From Candidatus Oxydemutator sp. (GTDB lineage Bacteria > Pseudomonadota > Gammaproteobacteria > Poriferisulfidales > Oxydemutatoraceae), in NCBI GenBank assembly GCA_965203445.1, contig OZ241883.1, forward strand, positions 2,240,001 to 2,304,000: a stretch of DNA of 64,000 nucleotides, given 5' to 3'. Within the stretch, counting starts at the first letter, position 1. Each line of letters begins with the position of its first letter. A program made the translations under genes and the position numbers. Below are positions 50,639 to 62,390 of the stretch, piece after piece. The notes under the pieces are model-generated. The model searched no databases. It was not told where the DNA came from and saw only the letters and a list, made by a program, of their open reading frames with translations.

Positions 50639-51632
50639 CAACTCCTCCGATTGTATTCCTTCGCCCGCTCCCCCACAAACTCCGAATCGCCGCGATTCCG
50701 TGGCCGCCGTGATGTCGGCATTGTGCCAAATCTTCCGGGCCAAGGCCGCCCAATCCGTACACCGGCATCGGCGCGTCTTGCACCAGCGTCGCAAAAGCAT
50801 CCCATCCCAATCCGCGCGCGCCGGGGTGTCCCGGCGTCTCCCGCACCGGTCCCAGCACCGCGAAGTCGGCGTCGAGCGAGGCCGCCGTTTTCAGTTCGTC
50901 CGCGTTGTGGCACGAGGCGCCAAACCAACGGCCCGCGGCCACCGGGCGACGGCGGCAGCGTCGCAATGCGGCGGCGCTCAGGTGCACGCCGGCGGCACCG
51001 GCGCCCGGGTGCGCAAGCAATGCGGGGTCGCGGTCGTGCAGCAGGACGCGCGCATGAAAAGCAGCGGCATCAGTCGCCATGCGACGAGCCAGTTCCTCGT
51101 AATCGTCGTCGTCCAGGCGATTGTCCCTGAACACGGCGAGGCGCACGCCGCGTTCCAGCGCGCGGCGGAAGCATTGCAGAAAGCGCGCGGGGTGTTCGAC
51201 GTTCGGGGTGATCAGGTAGCGGTCGGGAAGCCTCAGCGCGTTGATCATGGCGCGGCTTGCGGGCGGAAAGTCCGGCGCGCGCAGGGCCTCGATTTTCGTC
51301 CAGCGCAAGTCGTTGTCGCCGGCCAGGCGCGGGGCGCCGTCGAAGTCGCGCACCGTGAACACGTGAAAACGCAGGCGGCGCTCCCGGTAGCGCCACGGAA
51401 ATTGAATCAGGGGTTCGGAATTGCGCGCGACGACGCCGGTTTCTTCCTTCAGTTCGCGGGCAAGCGCCCGCTCGGGGGATTCGCCCGGCTCGATCTTGCC
51501 GCCGGGAAACTCGCGCAGGCCGCCCTGATGAACTTCGGGACGGCGCACAGAGGTCAGAACGGAGTCGGCGCGTCGCACCAGGCCGATTGCGATGGAGATC
51601 ACGGGGAATGGATCGGAGTCGGGCAAGAACAA
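50619..51632 (-). CDS. mutT: MutT Nudix hydrolase fused to a thiamine-phosphate-synthase-like domain
   Basis: EFPGGKIEPGE..ALARELKEETG, FPPAS, ASCHNADEL, GPVRETPGH, YGLGG. Confidence 0.85.
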   Translation of the reverse strand: MFLPDSDPFPVISIAIGLVRRADSVLTSVRRPEVHQGGLREFPGGKIEPGESPERALARELKEETGVVARNSEPLIQFPWRYRERRLRFHVFTVRDFDGAPRLAGDNDLRWTKIEALRAPDFPPASRAMINALRLPDRYLITPNVEHPARFLQCFRRALERGVRLAVFRDNRLDDDDYEELARRMATDAAAFHARVLLHDRDPALLAHPGAGAAGVHLSAAALRRCRRRPVAAGRWFGASCHNADELKTAASLDADFAVLGPVRETPGHPGARGLGWDAFATLVQDAPMPVYGLGGLGPEDLAQCRHHGGHGIAAIRSLWGSGRRNTIGGVDDDVQS

Positions 51633-51733
51633 AAGCGTCGGAACGCGCTATATCGAAACGCACCCGGATCGAATCGGCGAGCCAGCGAAGCGGCCGCGTC
51701 GTCGCCGACGCTCGATACGCAATTCGGCGCTCC

Positions 51734-52951
51734 TCAACTACGGTAATCGGCGTTGATCCGTACGTAGTCCTCGGTCAGGTCGGACGTCCAGACGACGGCG
51801 GCCGCGTCGCCGCGCCCCAATTCGACGCGGATCGCAATCTCGGGCGCGGACATGATCTCTTTGGCGCGCGCCTCGTCGTAGTCGCGGGCCACGGCGCCGT
51901 CTCGGAAAATGCAGTGCTCCCCCAAAAAACAGCGCACGCGCGCCATGTCCAGCGCCGCGACCGGGCTGCGCCCGAGGGCCGCGACGATGCGGCCCCAGTT
52001 GGGGTCGCCGGCGTAGCACGCGGTCTTGACCAACGGCGAATGGGCGACGGTGCAGGCGACGGCGCGCGCCTCGTCGTCCGAGGCGGCGCCGCGCACCTCG
52101 ATCTCGATCAGGCGCGTCGCGCCCTCGCCGTCGCGCACAATCGCCTTCGCCAGATCCTGCATCACCGCGCTCAACGCGCCGGCGAAACGGCGGCGATCGT
52201 CGTCGCCGAGCGCCCCCCAGGCCACTCCGGCGCGCCCGCTCGCAAGCAACACGCAGGCGTCGTTGGTCGAGGTGTCGCCGTCCACCGTGATCGAGTTGAA
52301 CGAAACGGCGCACGCCTCGCGCAGCAGCGCGCGCGCGGCGTGCGCGTCCATCTGCATATCGGTGGCGACGAACCCCAGCATCGTCGCCATATCGGGGCGG
52401 ATCATGCCGGCGCCCTTGGCGATGCCGGTCAGCGTAACCGTACCCGCGCCACACGCGACGCGCCGGCTGCTCCATTTCTCGGCGTTGTCGGTCGTCATCA
52501 TCGCGCGCGCGGCGGTCAGCCACGCGTCGTCCGACAACGCCGCGAGCAAATCCGGCAGCCGCGACGTGATCTTCGCGCACGGCAGGCGCTCGCCGATGAC
52601 GCCGGTCGAGAACGGCAACACTTCCTGCGCGGCGACGCCCGCCAAGTCCGCCAGCGCCGCGCAGCAGGCGTCGGCGTCGGCGATGCCGGCGTCGCCCAGA
52701 CCGGCGTTGGCGTTGCCGGCGTTGATCAGCAAATAACGCGGCCGCGCGCGCGCCAGATTCCTCTTCGCAACGACGACCGGCGCCGCACAAAAACGGTTGC
52801 GCGTGAACACCGCGGCCGCAACGCTCCGCGGCGCGACTTCGATCAACGCCAAGTCGTCGCGGTCATGGCGTATGCCGGCGGCCGCCGCGGCCGTGCGCAC
52901 ACCCGCGACCGGCAGCGGCGCGCGCGTCTCGCGCGCGTCAGGTGGCGCCAT
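51734..52951 (-). CDS. argJ: Ornithine acetyltransferase / N-acetylglutamate synthase
   Basis: [42 protein letters not shown]. Confidence 0.97.
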   Translation of the reverse strand: MAPPDARETRAPLPVAGVRTAAAAAGIRHDRDDLALIEVAPRSVAAAVFTRNRFCAAPVVVAKRNLARARPRYLLINAGNANAGLGDAGIADADACCAALADLAGVAAQEVLPFSTGVIGERLPCAKITSRLPDLLAALSDDAWLTAARAMMTTDNAEKWSSRRVACGAGTVTLTGIAKGAGMIRPDMATMLGFVATDMQMDAHAARALLREACAVSFNSITVDGDTSTNDACVLLASGRAGVAWGALGDDDRRRFAGALSAVMQDLAKAIVRDGEGATRLIEIEVRGAASDDEARAVACTVAHSPLVKTACYAGDPNWGRIVAALGRSPVAALDMARVRCFLGEHCIFRDGAVARDYDEARAKEIMSAPEIAIRVELGRGDAAAVVWTSDLTEDYVRINADYRS

Positions 52952-55712
52952 GACAGCGTTTGTATTTCTTTCCGGAACCGCAGAAGCACGGGTCGTTGCG
53001 ACCGATTTTCGGATGGTCGCGCCGCACCGTGCGCGGCTTGGCGACGGTGCGCGGTCTCGGCGGCATGAACTCGCCCGGCGCGTCGGCCACGGCCTCGGCG
53101 ACGGGCGCAGCGGCGGGCACGGCCTGCGGCAAGTCGCCGTTCCCCGCGCTCCCCGGGTGCAGCGCGTCCGACGCCGGCTGGTGCTGGAAGCTGAGCTGCC
53201 GTTCGCCGGCGGCGGCGCGTCTTTGCAGGTCCTGTTCCGGCGCCTCCAGCTCCAGTTTCATCAGGCGCGTGACAAACTCATAACGAATCACGTCGAACAT
53301 GCGCCCGAACATCTGAAAAGCCTCGCGCTTGTATTCCTGCTTCGGATTCTTCTGCGCGAAGCTGCGCAGGCCGATGCCCTGGCGCAGGTGCTCCATCCGC
53401 GCCAGATGCTCCTTCCAGTGGTGGTCTAGGATCTGCAGCATGCAAAAATCCTCCAGCCGTTGCGCGTGCTCGGCGCCGATCACTCCGGCCTTCTCGCGGT
53501 AGGCGGCCTCGACGCGCTCGCGCACGCGCTCGCCGATGGTCTCGCGCGTCAGCTCGGGATTCTCGGCAAGCCACTCCGAGACCGGGCACGGCGCGTTGAA
53601 ATCTCGCTCCAGTACCCGTTCCAGGTTGGCGGCGTCCCACTCCTCGTCCACCGCGTACGCCGGCACGTGCGTATCGAGCACGCTCTCAACTATCTCCGGC
53701 AGCATCGTCTCCATCGCGCTGCCGCCCTCCTTCGACTCCATCAGTTCGCGCCGCTGCTGGTAGATGATCTGGCGCTGCTCGTTGGCGACGTCGTCGTACT
53801 CGAGCAGGTGCTTGCGGATGTCGAAGTTGTGCGCCTCGACCTTCTTCTGCGCGTTCTCAATCGCGCGCGTAACCCACGGGTGCTCGATCACCTCGTCCTG
53901 CTCCATGCCCAGCTTCTGCATCATGGACTTGACCTTGCCGCTTGCGAAGATGCGCATCAGGTTGTCCTCGAGCGACAGGTAGAAACGGCTCGAACCGGGG
54001 TCGCCCTGGCGCCCCGAGCGCCCACGCAGCTGGTTGTCCACGCGCCGCGACTCGTGACGTTCGGTACCGACGATGCGCAGGCCGCCGGCCTCGACCACGC
54101 CGCGGTGGCGTTCCTCCCAGGCGGCGCGGATCTTGTCCGTATCGCGCTCTTCGCCCGCGCCCGCAAGCTCGGCGTCGAGCGAGCCGCCCAGCACGATGTC
54201 GGTGCCGCGCCCGGCCATGTTGGTCGCTATCGTAACCGTGCCCGGGCGCCCGGCCTGCGCGATGATCTGCGATTCGGCCTCGTGGTGCTTCGCGTTCAGC
54301 ACCTGGTGGCCTATCTTGCGCTTGTTCAGCAGGCCGGACAGGTATTCGGAGACCTCGATCGAGGCGGTGCCGACCAGCACCGGCTGGTGCTGCGCGACGC
54401 ACGACTCGATGTCCTCGACTATCGCGGCGAACTTTTCGTCGGCGGTCATATAGACCAGATCGGGCTGGTCGTCGCGCACCATCGGATGGTGGGTCGGGAT
54501 CACGACCACCTCCAGCCCGTAGATGTCCTGGAACTCGAACGCCTCGGTGTCGGCGGTTCCGGTCATGCCGGCGAGCTTGTCGTAGAGCCGGAAGTAATTC
54601 TGGAACGTGACCGACGCCAGCGTCTGGTTCTCCTGCTCGACGCGCACGCCCTCCTTGGCCTCGACCGCCTGGTGCAGGCCGTCGCCCCAGCGCCGCCCGG
54701 CCATCACCCGCCCGGTGAACTCGTCCACGATCAGCACGCGCCCGTCGCGCACGATGTAGTCCACGTTCTTCTTGAACAGCGCGTGCGCGCGCAGCGAGGT
54801 GTTGACGTGGTGCAACAGGCCGATGTTGGCGACGTCGTAGAGGCCGCCCTCGTGCAGCAGCCCTTCGCGCACCAGCATGTCCTCGATGCGCTGGTAGCCG
54901 CCCTCGCTCAGCATCGCTTGGCGCGCCTTTTCGTCCACCGTGAAGTCGCCGTCGTCGTCCTCGTCGGCGGCGGCGCGCAGGCTCCTTACCAGGCGGTCTA
55001 TGCGCAGATAGACGTCGGCGCCGCCCTCGGACGGCCCCGAGATGATCAGCGGTGTGCGCGCCTCGTCTATCAGGATCGAATCCACTTCGTCGACGATGCC
55101 GAAGTGCGCGCCGCGCTGCACCCGCTGCCCGGCCTCGAACACCATGTTGTCGCGCAGATAGTCGAAGCCGAACTCGTTGTTGGTACCGTAGGTGACGTCG
55201 GCCTGGTACGCGGCGCGGCGCTGCTCGCCGCCCTGTCCGGAGACGACGACGCCGGTCGTGAGGCCCAGGCGTTCGTACACCGCGCCCATCCATTCGGCGT
55301 CGCGGCGCGCCAGGTAGTCGTTGACGGTGACGACGTGCACGCCGTCGCCGCCGAGGGCGTTCAGATAGACCGGCAACGTCGCCACCAGGGTCTTGCCCTC
55401 GCCGGTGCGCATCTCGGCGATCCTGCCGTCGTGCAGCACCATGCCGCCGATCAGCTGCACGTCGAAATGGCGCATACCGAGCGCGCGCCCGGCGGCCTCG
55501 CGCACCACCGCGAATGCCTCGGGCAGCAGCGCGTCGAGACTTTCGCCGTGCCCCAGGCGCTCCTTGAACTCGCCCTTCTTCGCGCGCAGCGCGGCGTCGT
55601 CAAGCGCGCGGCAGGTTTCCTCCAGGCGGTTGACGTGCGCGACCCTGCGACGGTAACGGGCAAGCAGCCGCTGGTTGCGCGACGGGAGAATATTGTTCAG
55701 CGGGTTCCACAT
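52938..55712 (-). CDS. secA: Preprotein translocase SecA
   Basis: [43 protein letters not shown]. Confidence 0.99.
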   Translation of the reverse strand: MWNPLNNILPSRNQRLLARYRRRVAHVNRLEETCRALDDAALRAKKGEFKERLGHGESLDALLPEAFAVVREAAGRALGMRHFDVQLIGGMVLHDGRIAEMRTGEGKTLVATLPVYLNALGGDGVHVVTVNDYLARRDAEWMGAVYERLGLTTGVVVSGQGGEQRRAAYQADVTYGTNNEFGFDYLRDNMVFEAGQRVQRGAHFGIVDEVDSILIDEARTPLIISGPSEGGADVYLRIDRLVRSLRAAADEDDDGDFTVDEKARQAMLSEGGYQRIEDMLVREGLLHEGGLYDVANIGLLHHVNTSLRAHALFKKNVDYIVRDGRVLIVDEFTGRVMAGRRWGDGLHQAVEAKEGVRVEQENQTLASVTFQNYFRLYDKLAGMTGTADTEAFEFQDIYGLEVVVIPTHHPMVRDDQPDLVYMTADEKFAAIVEDIESCVAQHQPVLVGTASIEVSEYLSGLLNKRKIGHQVLNAKHHEAESQIIAQAGRPGTVTIATNMAGRGTDIVLGGSLDAELAGAGEERDTDKIRAAWEERHRGVVEAGGLRIVGTERHESRRVDNQLRGRSGRQGDPGSSRFYLSLEDNLMRIFASGKVKSMMQKLGMEQDEVIEHPWVTRAIENAQKKVEAHNFDIRKHLLEYDDVANEQRQIIYQQRRELMESKEGGSAMETMLPEIVESVLDTHVPAYAVDEEWDAANLERVLERDFNAPCPVSEWLAENPELTRETIGERVRERVEAAYREKAGVIGAEHAQRLEDFCMLQILDHHWKEHLARMEHLRQGIGLRSFAQKNPKQEYKREAFQMFGRMFDVIRYEFVTRLMKLELEAPEQDLQRRAAAGERQLSFQHQPASDALHPGSAGNGDLPQAVPAAAPVAEAVADAPGEFMPPRPRTVAKPRTVRRDHPKIGRNDPCFCGSGKKYKRCHGAT

Positions 55713-55900
55713 CGGAAAACGTCGGTGATGGGCGCGATTATACCCGCAGCATCCAGCCCTTCGGGTGCGGCGTCGCCCACCCGTCGCCGCTTCGGCGTTA
55801 CCGCCCCCTCGCCCGATCCGGCGGTCGCTCCTTCCCGCAAAAGCAGGAAGAAGCGACCGCCGGAGACAACCTGATTACGAAAAGCGAACCACGGGCGGCG

Positions 55901-56830
55901 TCAACGACGCGGGCCGTGCAAATACGGCATGGGGTTCAGCCTGCGGCCGTTTTTCTGTATCTCGAAATGCAGGTGGGGGCCGGTGGAACGGCCGCTGTTG
56001 CCGAGCAGCGCGATGACCTGGCCTTTCTTTACGACGTCGCCCTCGCGCACGATGATCCTGTCGTTGTGCGCATACAGCGTGGTGTAGCCGTCGGCGTGGT
56101 CGACCTCGACCAGCTTGCCGTAGTGCGGCAGACGTTCGGTACGGCGCACGACGCCGCTTGCGACTACGCGCACCGGATCGCCGATGCGCCCGATGATGTC
56201 CACGCCGGCGTGAAATTCCCTGTTGCCGGTGAACGGGCTGCGGCGCGCACCGTAACCCGACGAGATCATAGCGCGCCTGACCGGCCAGCCGAACGGCCGC
56301 ATCTCGGCGGACAACTGGCGCGTGCCGACGACGTCCTCGAGCACCGAGAATTTTCTTTCGATTGCGTTCACGCTCCGCCGAAAACCGTCCACCGTCGCCG
56401 GCGTCCGCGAGAAACCGACGCCGCCGACGCCCGGCGCGTCCGGGAAATGGAACTCGGCGGGATCGAGACCGTAATCCTCGATCATGCGGTCGCCGACCGC
56501 CTCGACGCGCGCGAGCCGCGCCTCGAGGGCCGCGACTTTGCGAATCAACAGCGAGCTCTCGATTTCGCGCGAGCGCCCGGCGTCGTCCGCGACCGAAGCC
56601 TGGCCCGGGGCGCCGGCGACCGCGCCCGGGCGCCCGGGCGCGCCCTGCAGCTGCAACAGCGCGGCCACGTAGCCGAAACCGCCGGCCAGCACCAGCCACA
56701 CGCCGAACGCGAGCGCGCGCCTGGCGACGGCGGCTTCCCATCGGCGCGCGACACGGGCAGAATAGGCGCGACGCGGAAATCGCGCCAAACGCGCACCACG
56801 GGGGCGAAAACTTGAAGAAAATCGGTTCAT
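55901..56830 (-). CDS. M23 family metallopeptidase (start uncertain)
   Basis: HAGVD, TLYAH, GRSTGPHLHFE; between lpxC and secA. Confidence 0.9.
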   Translation of the reverse strand: MNRFSSSFRPRGARLARFPRRAYSARVARRWEAAVARRALAFGVWLVLAGGFGYVAALLQLQGAPGRPGAVAGAPGQASVADDAGRSREIESSLLIRKVAALEARLARVEAVGDRMIEDYGLDPAEFHFPDAPGVGGVGFSRTPATVDGFRRSVNAIERKFSVLEDVVGTRQLSAEMRPFGWPVRRAMISSGYGARRSPFTGNREFHAGVDIIGRIGDPVRVVASGVVRRTERLPHYGKLVEVDHADGYTTLYAHNDRIIVREGDVVKKGQVIALLGNSGRSTGPHLHFEIQKNGRRLNPMPYLHGPRR

Positions 56831-57141
56831 TGATGCCGCGCATCCACCCCGGACTGGGCGAGCGCGCGCGCCTGCTGGCCGAGATGACCGCCAGCGCGCG
56901 CAGCCGCCTGTCGCCGCGCCTCGCGCACCATTGCTGGATCAGCGGCTTTGGCGAGCGCCGCGTGACGCTGGTAACCGACCAGCCCCATCTGGCGATGCAC
57001 CTGCGCCATCACCAACGCGAGATCATCAAGCAGCTCAACGAGGAATTCGGCCGCCGGTTGCACCAGAATTTCACCGCGATAAAAGTGAAGGTTGCCCGCG
57101 AACCGCTGGCGCCGTCTCAGCCCTCGGAAAGGGGCGTGTAA
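56812..57141 (+). CDS. DciA / DUF721 family protein
   Basis: LSPRLAHHC...VTLVTD...[13 protein letters not shown]...IKVKV; usual position between lpxC and secA. Confidence 0.65.
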   Translation: MKKIGSLMPRIHPGLGERARLLAEMTASARSRLSPRLAHHCWISGFGERRVTLVTDQPHLAMHLRHHQREIIKQLNEEFGRRLHQNFTAIKVKVAREPLAPSQPSERGV

Positions 57142-58028
57142 AAGATCGGGGTCGCATCGCTCTCGTCCTCGAACGAGACTTCCTCCCACGCCTTGCGCTC
57201 GGCCAGCAGTTTGTTGAGCAGCATGTTGTTCAACTCGTGGCCGGATTTGTAGCCCTCGAACGCGCCTATCAGGCCGCACCCAAGCAGGTAGAGGTCGCCG
57301 ATAACGTCGAGCACCTTGTGTTTGACGCACTCGTCCTCGACGCGCAGGCCCTCCTCGTTGATGACGCGGTGATCGTCTATCACGATCGCGTTCTCGAGGC
57401 TGCCACCGCCCGCCAGGTCCATGTCGCGCAGTTTCTCGTAGTCCTTCAAAAACCCGAAGGTGCGGGCGCGGCTGACGCTGGTGACAAACGAGGTGCTCGA
57501 GAAGTCCACCTCGACGCTTTGCGCCTTGTCGCGGAAGGCCGGGTGGTCGAAATCTATCGTGAAATGAACCTTGAAGCCTTCGTACGGCCTGAAACGCGCC
57601 CACTTGTCGTCTTTTTTCGCCTCGACCGTTCTGCGAATGCGGATGAACTTCTTCGGCGCGTTCTGTTCCTCTATCCCCGCCGACTGCAACAAGAACACGA
57701 ACGGCCCGGCGCTGCCGTCCATGATCGGCACCTCGGGCGCGTCGACGTCTACGTGCAGATTGTCTATGCCGAGGCCGGCCACCGCCGACAGCAGATGCTC
57801 GACCGTGGACACGCGCACGTCGCCGCGCCCGAGCGTCGTCGACATGCGCGTGTCCACGACGTAGCCGGTGGACGCCGGAATGTCGAACGGGTGGTCGAAG
57901 TCCACGCGGTGGAAAACGATGCCGGTGTTCGGAGCGGCCGGACGCAGGGTCAGATATATTCTCTTACCCGTGTGCAGACCGACTCCGACGGCCTGGATGG
58001 AGTTCTTGAGAGTTCGTTGTTTCAGCAC
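57117..58028 (-). CDS. lpxC: UDP-3-O-acyl-GlcNAc deacetylase
   Basis: [36 protein letters not shown]. Confidence 0.98.
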   Translation of the reverse strand: MLKQRTLKNSIQAVGVGLHTGKRIYLTLRPAAPNTGIVFHRVDFDHPFDIPASTGYVVDTRMSTTLGRGDVRVSTVEHLLSAVAGLGIDNLHVDVDAPEVPIMDGSAGPFVFLLQSAGIEEQNAPKKFIRIRRTVEAKKDDKWARFRPYEGFKVHFTIDFDHPAFRDKAQSVEVDFSSTSFVTSVSRARTFGFLKDYEKLRDMDLAGGGSLENAIVIDDHRVINEEGLRVEDECVKHKVLDVIGDLYLLGCGLIGAFEGYKSGHELNNMLLNKLLAERKAWEEVSFEDESDATPIFYTPLSEG

Positions 58029-58156
58029 GACGACAAATAAGGAGATGCAACAACCGGTTGTGAAAAAGGCGGAACCACGCGCGAAGCACTGGTCGCCGCT
58101 GCCGGAGATTGGAAGCGCATTATAGCGGCAGGGCGCGGGACCGCAAGTACGGACCT

Positions 58157-58300
58157 TCGGGAACGCCCATGGGGGCGTTCCCTCACCCCTCGGGAACGCC
58201 CATGGGGGCGTTCCCTCACCCCTCGGGAACGCCCATGGGGGCGTTCCCTTGCCTCTCGGGGGCGCCCGTGGGGGCGTTCCCTTGCCTCTCGGGGGCGCCC
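58157..58300. repeat. Tandem 33-bp palindromic repeat, ~4.3 copies
   Basis: TCGGGAACGCCCATGGGGGCGTTCCCTCACCCC units at 58157, 58190, 58223, 58256, 58289; 10-bp stem GGGAACGCCC/GGGCGTTCCC. Confidence 0.9.
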
Positions 58301-58336
58301 GCCCTGGCGCGCGGACAGCGGCATATGCGCCGGCAT

Positions 58337-59500
58337 TTAATCCACCTGTTTCCTTAAAAACGCCGGTATTTCAAGGTATTCATCGTAATTTTCGTCCGAA
58401 CCTCGAGACTCCCGCCGGGGCAGGCGCGCCACCGCCGGACTGTCGAGGTCACCGTAGTCGTCGCCGTGCGACGCCGCCGACGGCTTCTGCACCGCCGCCT
58501 GCTCATGGCGCACAACCTCGGCGCGCGCGTCGGCGGCGCCGAGACCGGTGGCGACCAGCGTCACCCGCAGTTCGTCCTCCAGACCCTCGTCCACGACGGT
58601 GCCGACGACCACGTTGGCGTCCTCGGTCGTAAGCTCGGACAGGCACGCTCCGATCTCCTCGAACTCGCCGATAGAGACGTCGGCGCTGGTGATGTTGACC
58701 AGCAGGCCGCGCACGTTCGACAGATCCATGTCCTCCAGCAGCGGATTGTGGATCGCCGCCTGCGCCGCCTCGTAGGCGCGTCCTTCGCCGCGCGCCGAAC
58801 CGGAGCCAATCATCGCCATGCCCATTTCCGACATCACCGTGCGCACGTCGGCGAAATCGAGATTGACCATGCCGTCGCAGGTGATCAACTCGGCGATGCC
58901 TTGGACCGCGCCGTAGAGCACGTCGTTGGCCCTCTCGAACGCCTCCGTTATCGTCACGTCGGAACCGAACACCGCGCGCAGCTTGTCGTTCGGAATCGTG
59001 ATCAGCGAATCCACGTACTTCGACAGGTTGTCTATGCCCTGTTCGGCCACGGTCATGCGCTTGCGCCCCTCGAACGAGAACGGCCTGGTCACGACGGCGA
59101 CCGTCAGGACGCCGAGACTCTTTGATATTTCGGCGATGACCGGGGCCGCGCCGGTGCCGGTGCCGCCGCCGAGGCCGGCGGTGATGAACACCATGTCGGC
59201 GCCGTCGAGCACGTCGCGCAAACGCTCGCTGGCCTCGTTGGCGGCGTCGCGCCCGAGCTCCGGGTCGGCGCCGGCGCCGAGGCCGCCGGTGAGTTTCTCG
59301 CCCAGGCGCACGACGGTGCCGGCGCGGCTGTTGCCGAGCGCCTGCACGTCGGTATTGGCGACGACGAACTCGACGCCGTCTATATCCCTGGCGACCATGT
59401 GATTGAGCGCGTTGCCGCCGCCGCCGCCGATGCCGATGACCTTGATGACCGCGCCCTGCGGGCGCGTCTCTTCCTCTACCAGTTGAAACGGAAATGACAT
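58337..59500 (-). CDS. ftsZ: Cell division protein FtsZ
   Basis: [31 protein letters not shown]. Confidence 0.99.
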   Translation of the reverse strand: MSFPFQLVEEETRPQGAVIKVIGIGGGGGNALNHMVARDIDGVEFVVANTDVQALGNSRAGTVVRLGEKLTGGLGAGADPELGRDAANEASERLRDVLDGADMVFITAGLGGGTGTGAAPVIAEISKSLGVLTVAVVTRPFSFEGRKRMTVAEQGIDNLSKYVDSLITIPNDKLRAVFGSDVTITEAFERANDVLYGAVQGIAELITCDGMVNLDFADVRTVMSEMGMAMIGSGSARGEGRAYEAAQAAIHNPLLEDMDLSNVRGLLVNITSADVSIGEFEEIGACLSELTTEDANVVVGTVVDEGLEDELRVTLVATGLGAADARAEVVRHEQAAVQKPSAASHGDDYGDLDSPAVARLPRRESRGSDENYDEYLEIPAFLRKQVD

Positions 59501-59531
59501 GATGACCTCCTTGCCTAAGCCGTCGTTGTGG

Positions 59532-60743
59532 TTAAAAATTATCCTTGAGCCAGGCTCTGGTCTTGCGCCAGGCTCCCTGTATGCGGCCTTCGGACGGCCG
59601 CTCCTCGACGTTGTCGAAACCGACTTCCGCGGCATAGCGCAGCAGCCCCAGCCCGGTCGCGTGCACCGGGTCGTTCGACAGCGACGGAAAACCCTCCACC
59701 GCCGCCGGCCGACCTATGCGTACCGGCATGTGCAGCACGCTCTCGGCCAGTTCGGCGGCGCCCTCGAGCTTGGCGCTGCCGCCGGTCAGGACGACGCCCG
59801 ACACGACCGCGTCCTCGAACCGGTGGCGCACCAGTTCGCGGCGCACCAGCGAGAACAGTTCCTCGTAGCGCGGCTCTATGATCTCGGCCAGCATCTGGCG
59901 GCGGATGCGCGAGCGCGGCCTCTCGCTCGACAGGCCGGCGACCTCTATCGTCTCGTCGTCGTCGGCGAGGCGCTTCAGCGCGAAGCCGTACTGCAATTTG
60001 ATCTCCTCGGCGCTGTTCGTCGGCGTGCGCAGCGTCACCGCGACGTCGGTGGTCACGTGGTCGCCGGCAATCGGAATGACCGCGGTGTGCACGACCGCGC
60101 CGCGCGTGAACACCGCGACGTCGGTGGTGCCGCCACCGACGTCCACCAGGCAGACGCCGAGTTCGCGCTCGTCGGGCGTCAGCACCGCGAGGCTAGAGGC
60201 GAGCGACTCGAGCACGAAGCTCTCGACCTCGAGACCGCAGCGGCGCACGCACTTGGCGATGTTCTGTATCGGGTGGGTGCCGCCGGTGATCAGGTGCACC
60301 GTGGCCTCGAGGCGGTAGCCGGACATGCCGACCGGTTCCTTGATGCCCTGCTCGCCGTCTATCGCGAAGTCGCGCGGCAGCACGTGCAGCACCTGCTGGT
60401 CGCCGGCGATCTGAATCGCCTGCGCGGTCTCGATCGCGTTGCGCACGTCGCTCGGGGTGACCTCGCCGTTGCGTATCGGCGCGGCGCCGTGGCAGTTGAG
60501 GCTCTGGATGTGCTTGCCGGCGACGCCGGCGTACACCGACGACACCTTGCACTCCGCCATCAGCTCGGCCTCCTCGACGGCGCGGCGGATCGAGTCCGCC
60601 ATCTCCTCGACGTTGACGACCACGCCCCTCTTCATGCCGCGCGACGGGCACGTGCCGACCGACAGCACCTTGACGTCGTCGCCCGCGGCCTCGCCGACGA
60701 TGACCGCGATCTTGCTGGTGCCGATGTCGAGCGCCGTCAGCAC
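59532..60743 (-). CDS. ftsA: Cell division protein FtsA
   Basis: LDIGTSK, DVGGGTTD, VLTGGSA. Confidence 0.97.
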   Translation of the reverse strand: MLTALDIGTSKIAVIVGEAAGDDVKVLSVGTCPSRGMKRGVVVNVEEMADSIRRAVEEAELMAECKVSSVYAGVAGKHIQSLNCHGAAPIRNGEVTPSDVRNAIETAQAIQIAGDQQVLHVLPRDFAIDGEQGIKEPVGMSGYRLEATVHLITGGTHPIQNIAKCVRRCGLEVESFVLESLASSLAVLTPDERELGVCLVDVGGGTTDVAVFTRGAVVHTAVIPIAGDHVTTDVAVTLRTPTNSAEEIKLQYGFALKRLADDDETIEVAGLSSERPRSRIRRQMLAEIIEPRYEELFSLVRRELVRHRFEDAVVSGVVLTGGSAKLEGAAELAESVLHMPVRIGRPAAVEGFPSLSNDPVHATGLGLLRYAAEVGFDNVEERPSEGRIQGAWRKTRAWLKDNF

Positions 60744-61468
60744 GCCGTCTCCTCGCGCGCGCGCACCGCGAACCCGTCCGGGTAGCGCAAATCTATGCAG
60801 GCGGCGCGCCGCGGGCGCTCGAAACCGGCGCGCCGCGCGGCGACGAAGCGATGCACGCGCGCGCGCAGGCGGTCGCGCCCCAGCACCAGGCGCGTCCCGT
60901 CCGCCAGCCGCAGGCTCCACGAACCGCGCCGGTCCAGCCGCAGCGCCGCGACCTCGGCGCCGGCGTCGCCGAACGCCGGCGCCACCCAGCGGTAGAAGGC
61001 AAGCACCTCGCGCCGACGCCGCAACGGCGCCTCGAACAACGGCAGATCGTAGGGCTGGCTCAGCGGCGGCGCGAAGACCTCGCCGTCGCCGCTCAGCAGC
61101 GCGTCGCGGCCCCAGTAGGCGAGCGGCTCGTATTCGTGCAGCCTGATCCGTAGCGTCCCCGGCCACACGCGCCGCACGACGGCGCCGCGCACCCACGGGA
61201 TCTCGGCGAGTTCGCGCGCGACCTCGTGTACGTCCACCGACATCAGCCGCTGCTCGTAGAGGCTCTCGAAGATGCGCTCGACGCGAAAGCGGTCAATGTG
61301 GCGGTATTCCCCGGTAAGGTGCACGACCGCGACCTTGCCCGACACCAGAGCGCGCCAATCGGGCCGAAACGCCACCGCGGCCGCGATCACGGCGCCCGCG
61401 GCCGCGGCCAGAGTCAGCCACTCGAACCACGGCGCGGCGCGCGCCGGGCACGCCGCCGCCCTACCCAT
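60737..61468 (-). CDS. ftsQ: Cell division protein FtsQ
   Basis: TM, PWVRGAVVRRVWP, IDLRYPDGFAV. Confidence 0.93.
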   Translation of the reverse strand: MGRAAACPARAAPWFEWLTLAAAAGAVIAAAVAFRPDWRALVSGKVAVVHLTGEYRHIDRFRVERIFESLYEQRLMSVDVHEVARELAEIPWVRGAVVRRVWPGTLRIRLHEYEPLAYWGRDALLSGDGEVFAPPLSQPYDLPLFEAPLRRRREVLAFYRWVAPAFGDAGAEVAALRLDRRGSWSLRLADGTRLVLGRDRLRARVHRFVAARRAGFERPRRAACIDLRYPDGFAVRAREETAC

Positions 61469-62390
61469 CGTCGCGCTCCTCCGATGTGCGCAAAATCTCG
61501 AGCGCCAACTCGTCGAAACCGATTCCCTCCGCGGCCGCCGCCATCGGCACCAGGCTGTGGCCGGTCATGCCGGGCACGGTGTTGACCTCGAGCAGGCGGA
61601 ACTCGCCGCTGGCGTCGCGCATCACGTCCACGCGCGCCCAGCCGCGCACGCCGAGTACGTCGCAGGCGCGCCGGCACAGGGCCTGCAATTTTTCGACGTC
61701 GCCGGCGGGCAGACCGCACGGGCAATGATAGCGAGTCGCGCGGTCCTCGTACTTGGCGACGTAGTCGTAGAATGGACGCGCCGGCTCCAGGAGAATCGGC
61801 GCGAGTATCCGTGTCCGCAACAGCGCGACCGCGTATTCGCGGCCCTCGATCCAGCTCTCGGCGATGACGTCGCCGAAACGCGCGGCCTCGCGCAACGCGG
61901 GCGCCCATTGCCCGAGGTCCTCGACCTTGCCGACGCCGATGCTCGAACCCTCGCGCCTCGGCTTCAACGCAAGTGGCAGACCGAGGGCCTCGGCGATGCG
62001 CGCCGGATCGCTGTCTTCGTCCACTTCGGCGTAGGCCGGCATCGGCAGCCCGAACGCGCCCCACAGGCGCTTGGCCGCAAGCTTGTCCATGCACGTGGCC
62101 GAGGCCAGCACGCCGCTGCCGGTATACGGAAGGCCGAGCGTCTCGAGCAGGCCCTGCACGGCGCCGTCCTCGCCCCCCCTGCCGTGCATTGCGACGAACG
62201 CGCGATCGAAAGCGTGCGCACCGAGACGCGCCGCCGACGCGCGCGTCACGTCGAAGGCGAAGGCGTCGACGCCGCGGCGGCCCAGCGCCTCGGTAACCGA
62301 GGCGCCGGTCTCGAGCGAGATCGCGCGTTCCGACGACCAGCCGCCCATCAACACGCCGACGCGCCCGAAATCGCGCGCTGCGCGCGTCAC
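61461..62390 (-). CDS. ddl: D-alanine-D-alanine ligase
   Basis: GGWSSER, HGRGGEDG, EGSSIG, LEVNTVPGMT. Confidence 0.97.
   Translation of the reverse strand: MTRAARDFGRVGVLMGGWSSERAISLETGASVTEALGRRGVDAFAFDVTRASAARLGAHAFDRAFVAMHGRGGEDGAVQGLLETLGLPYTGSGVLASATCMDKLAAKRLWGAFGLPMPAYAEVDEDSDPARIAEALGLPLALKPRREGSSIGVGKVEDLGQWAPALREAARFGDVIAESWIEGREYAVALLRTRILAPILLEPARPFYDYVAKYEDRATRYHCPCGLPAGDVEKLQALCRRACDVLGVRGWARVDVMRDASGEFRLLEVNTVPGMTGHSLVPMAAAAEGIGFDELALEILRTSEERDDG

Noticed and set aside
58157-58300. Second CRISPR array
   Set aside because: Units are directly tandem with short, near-constant linkers and no unique spacers
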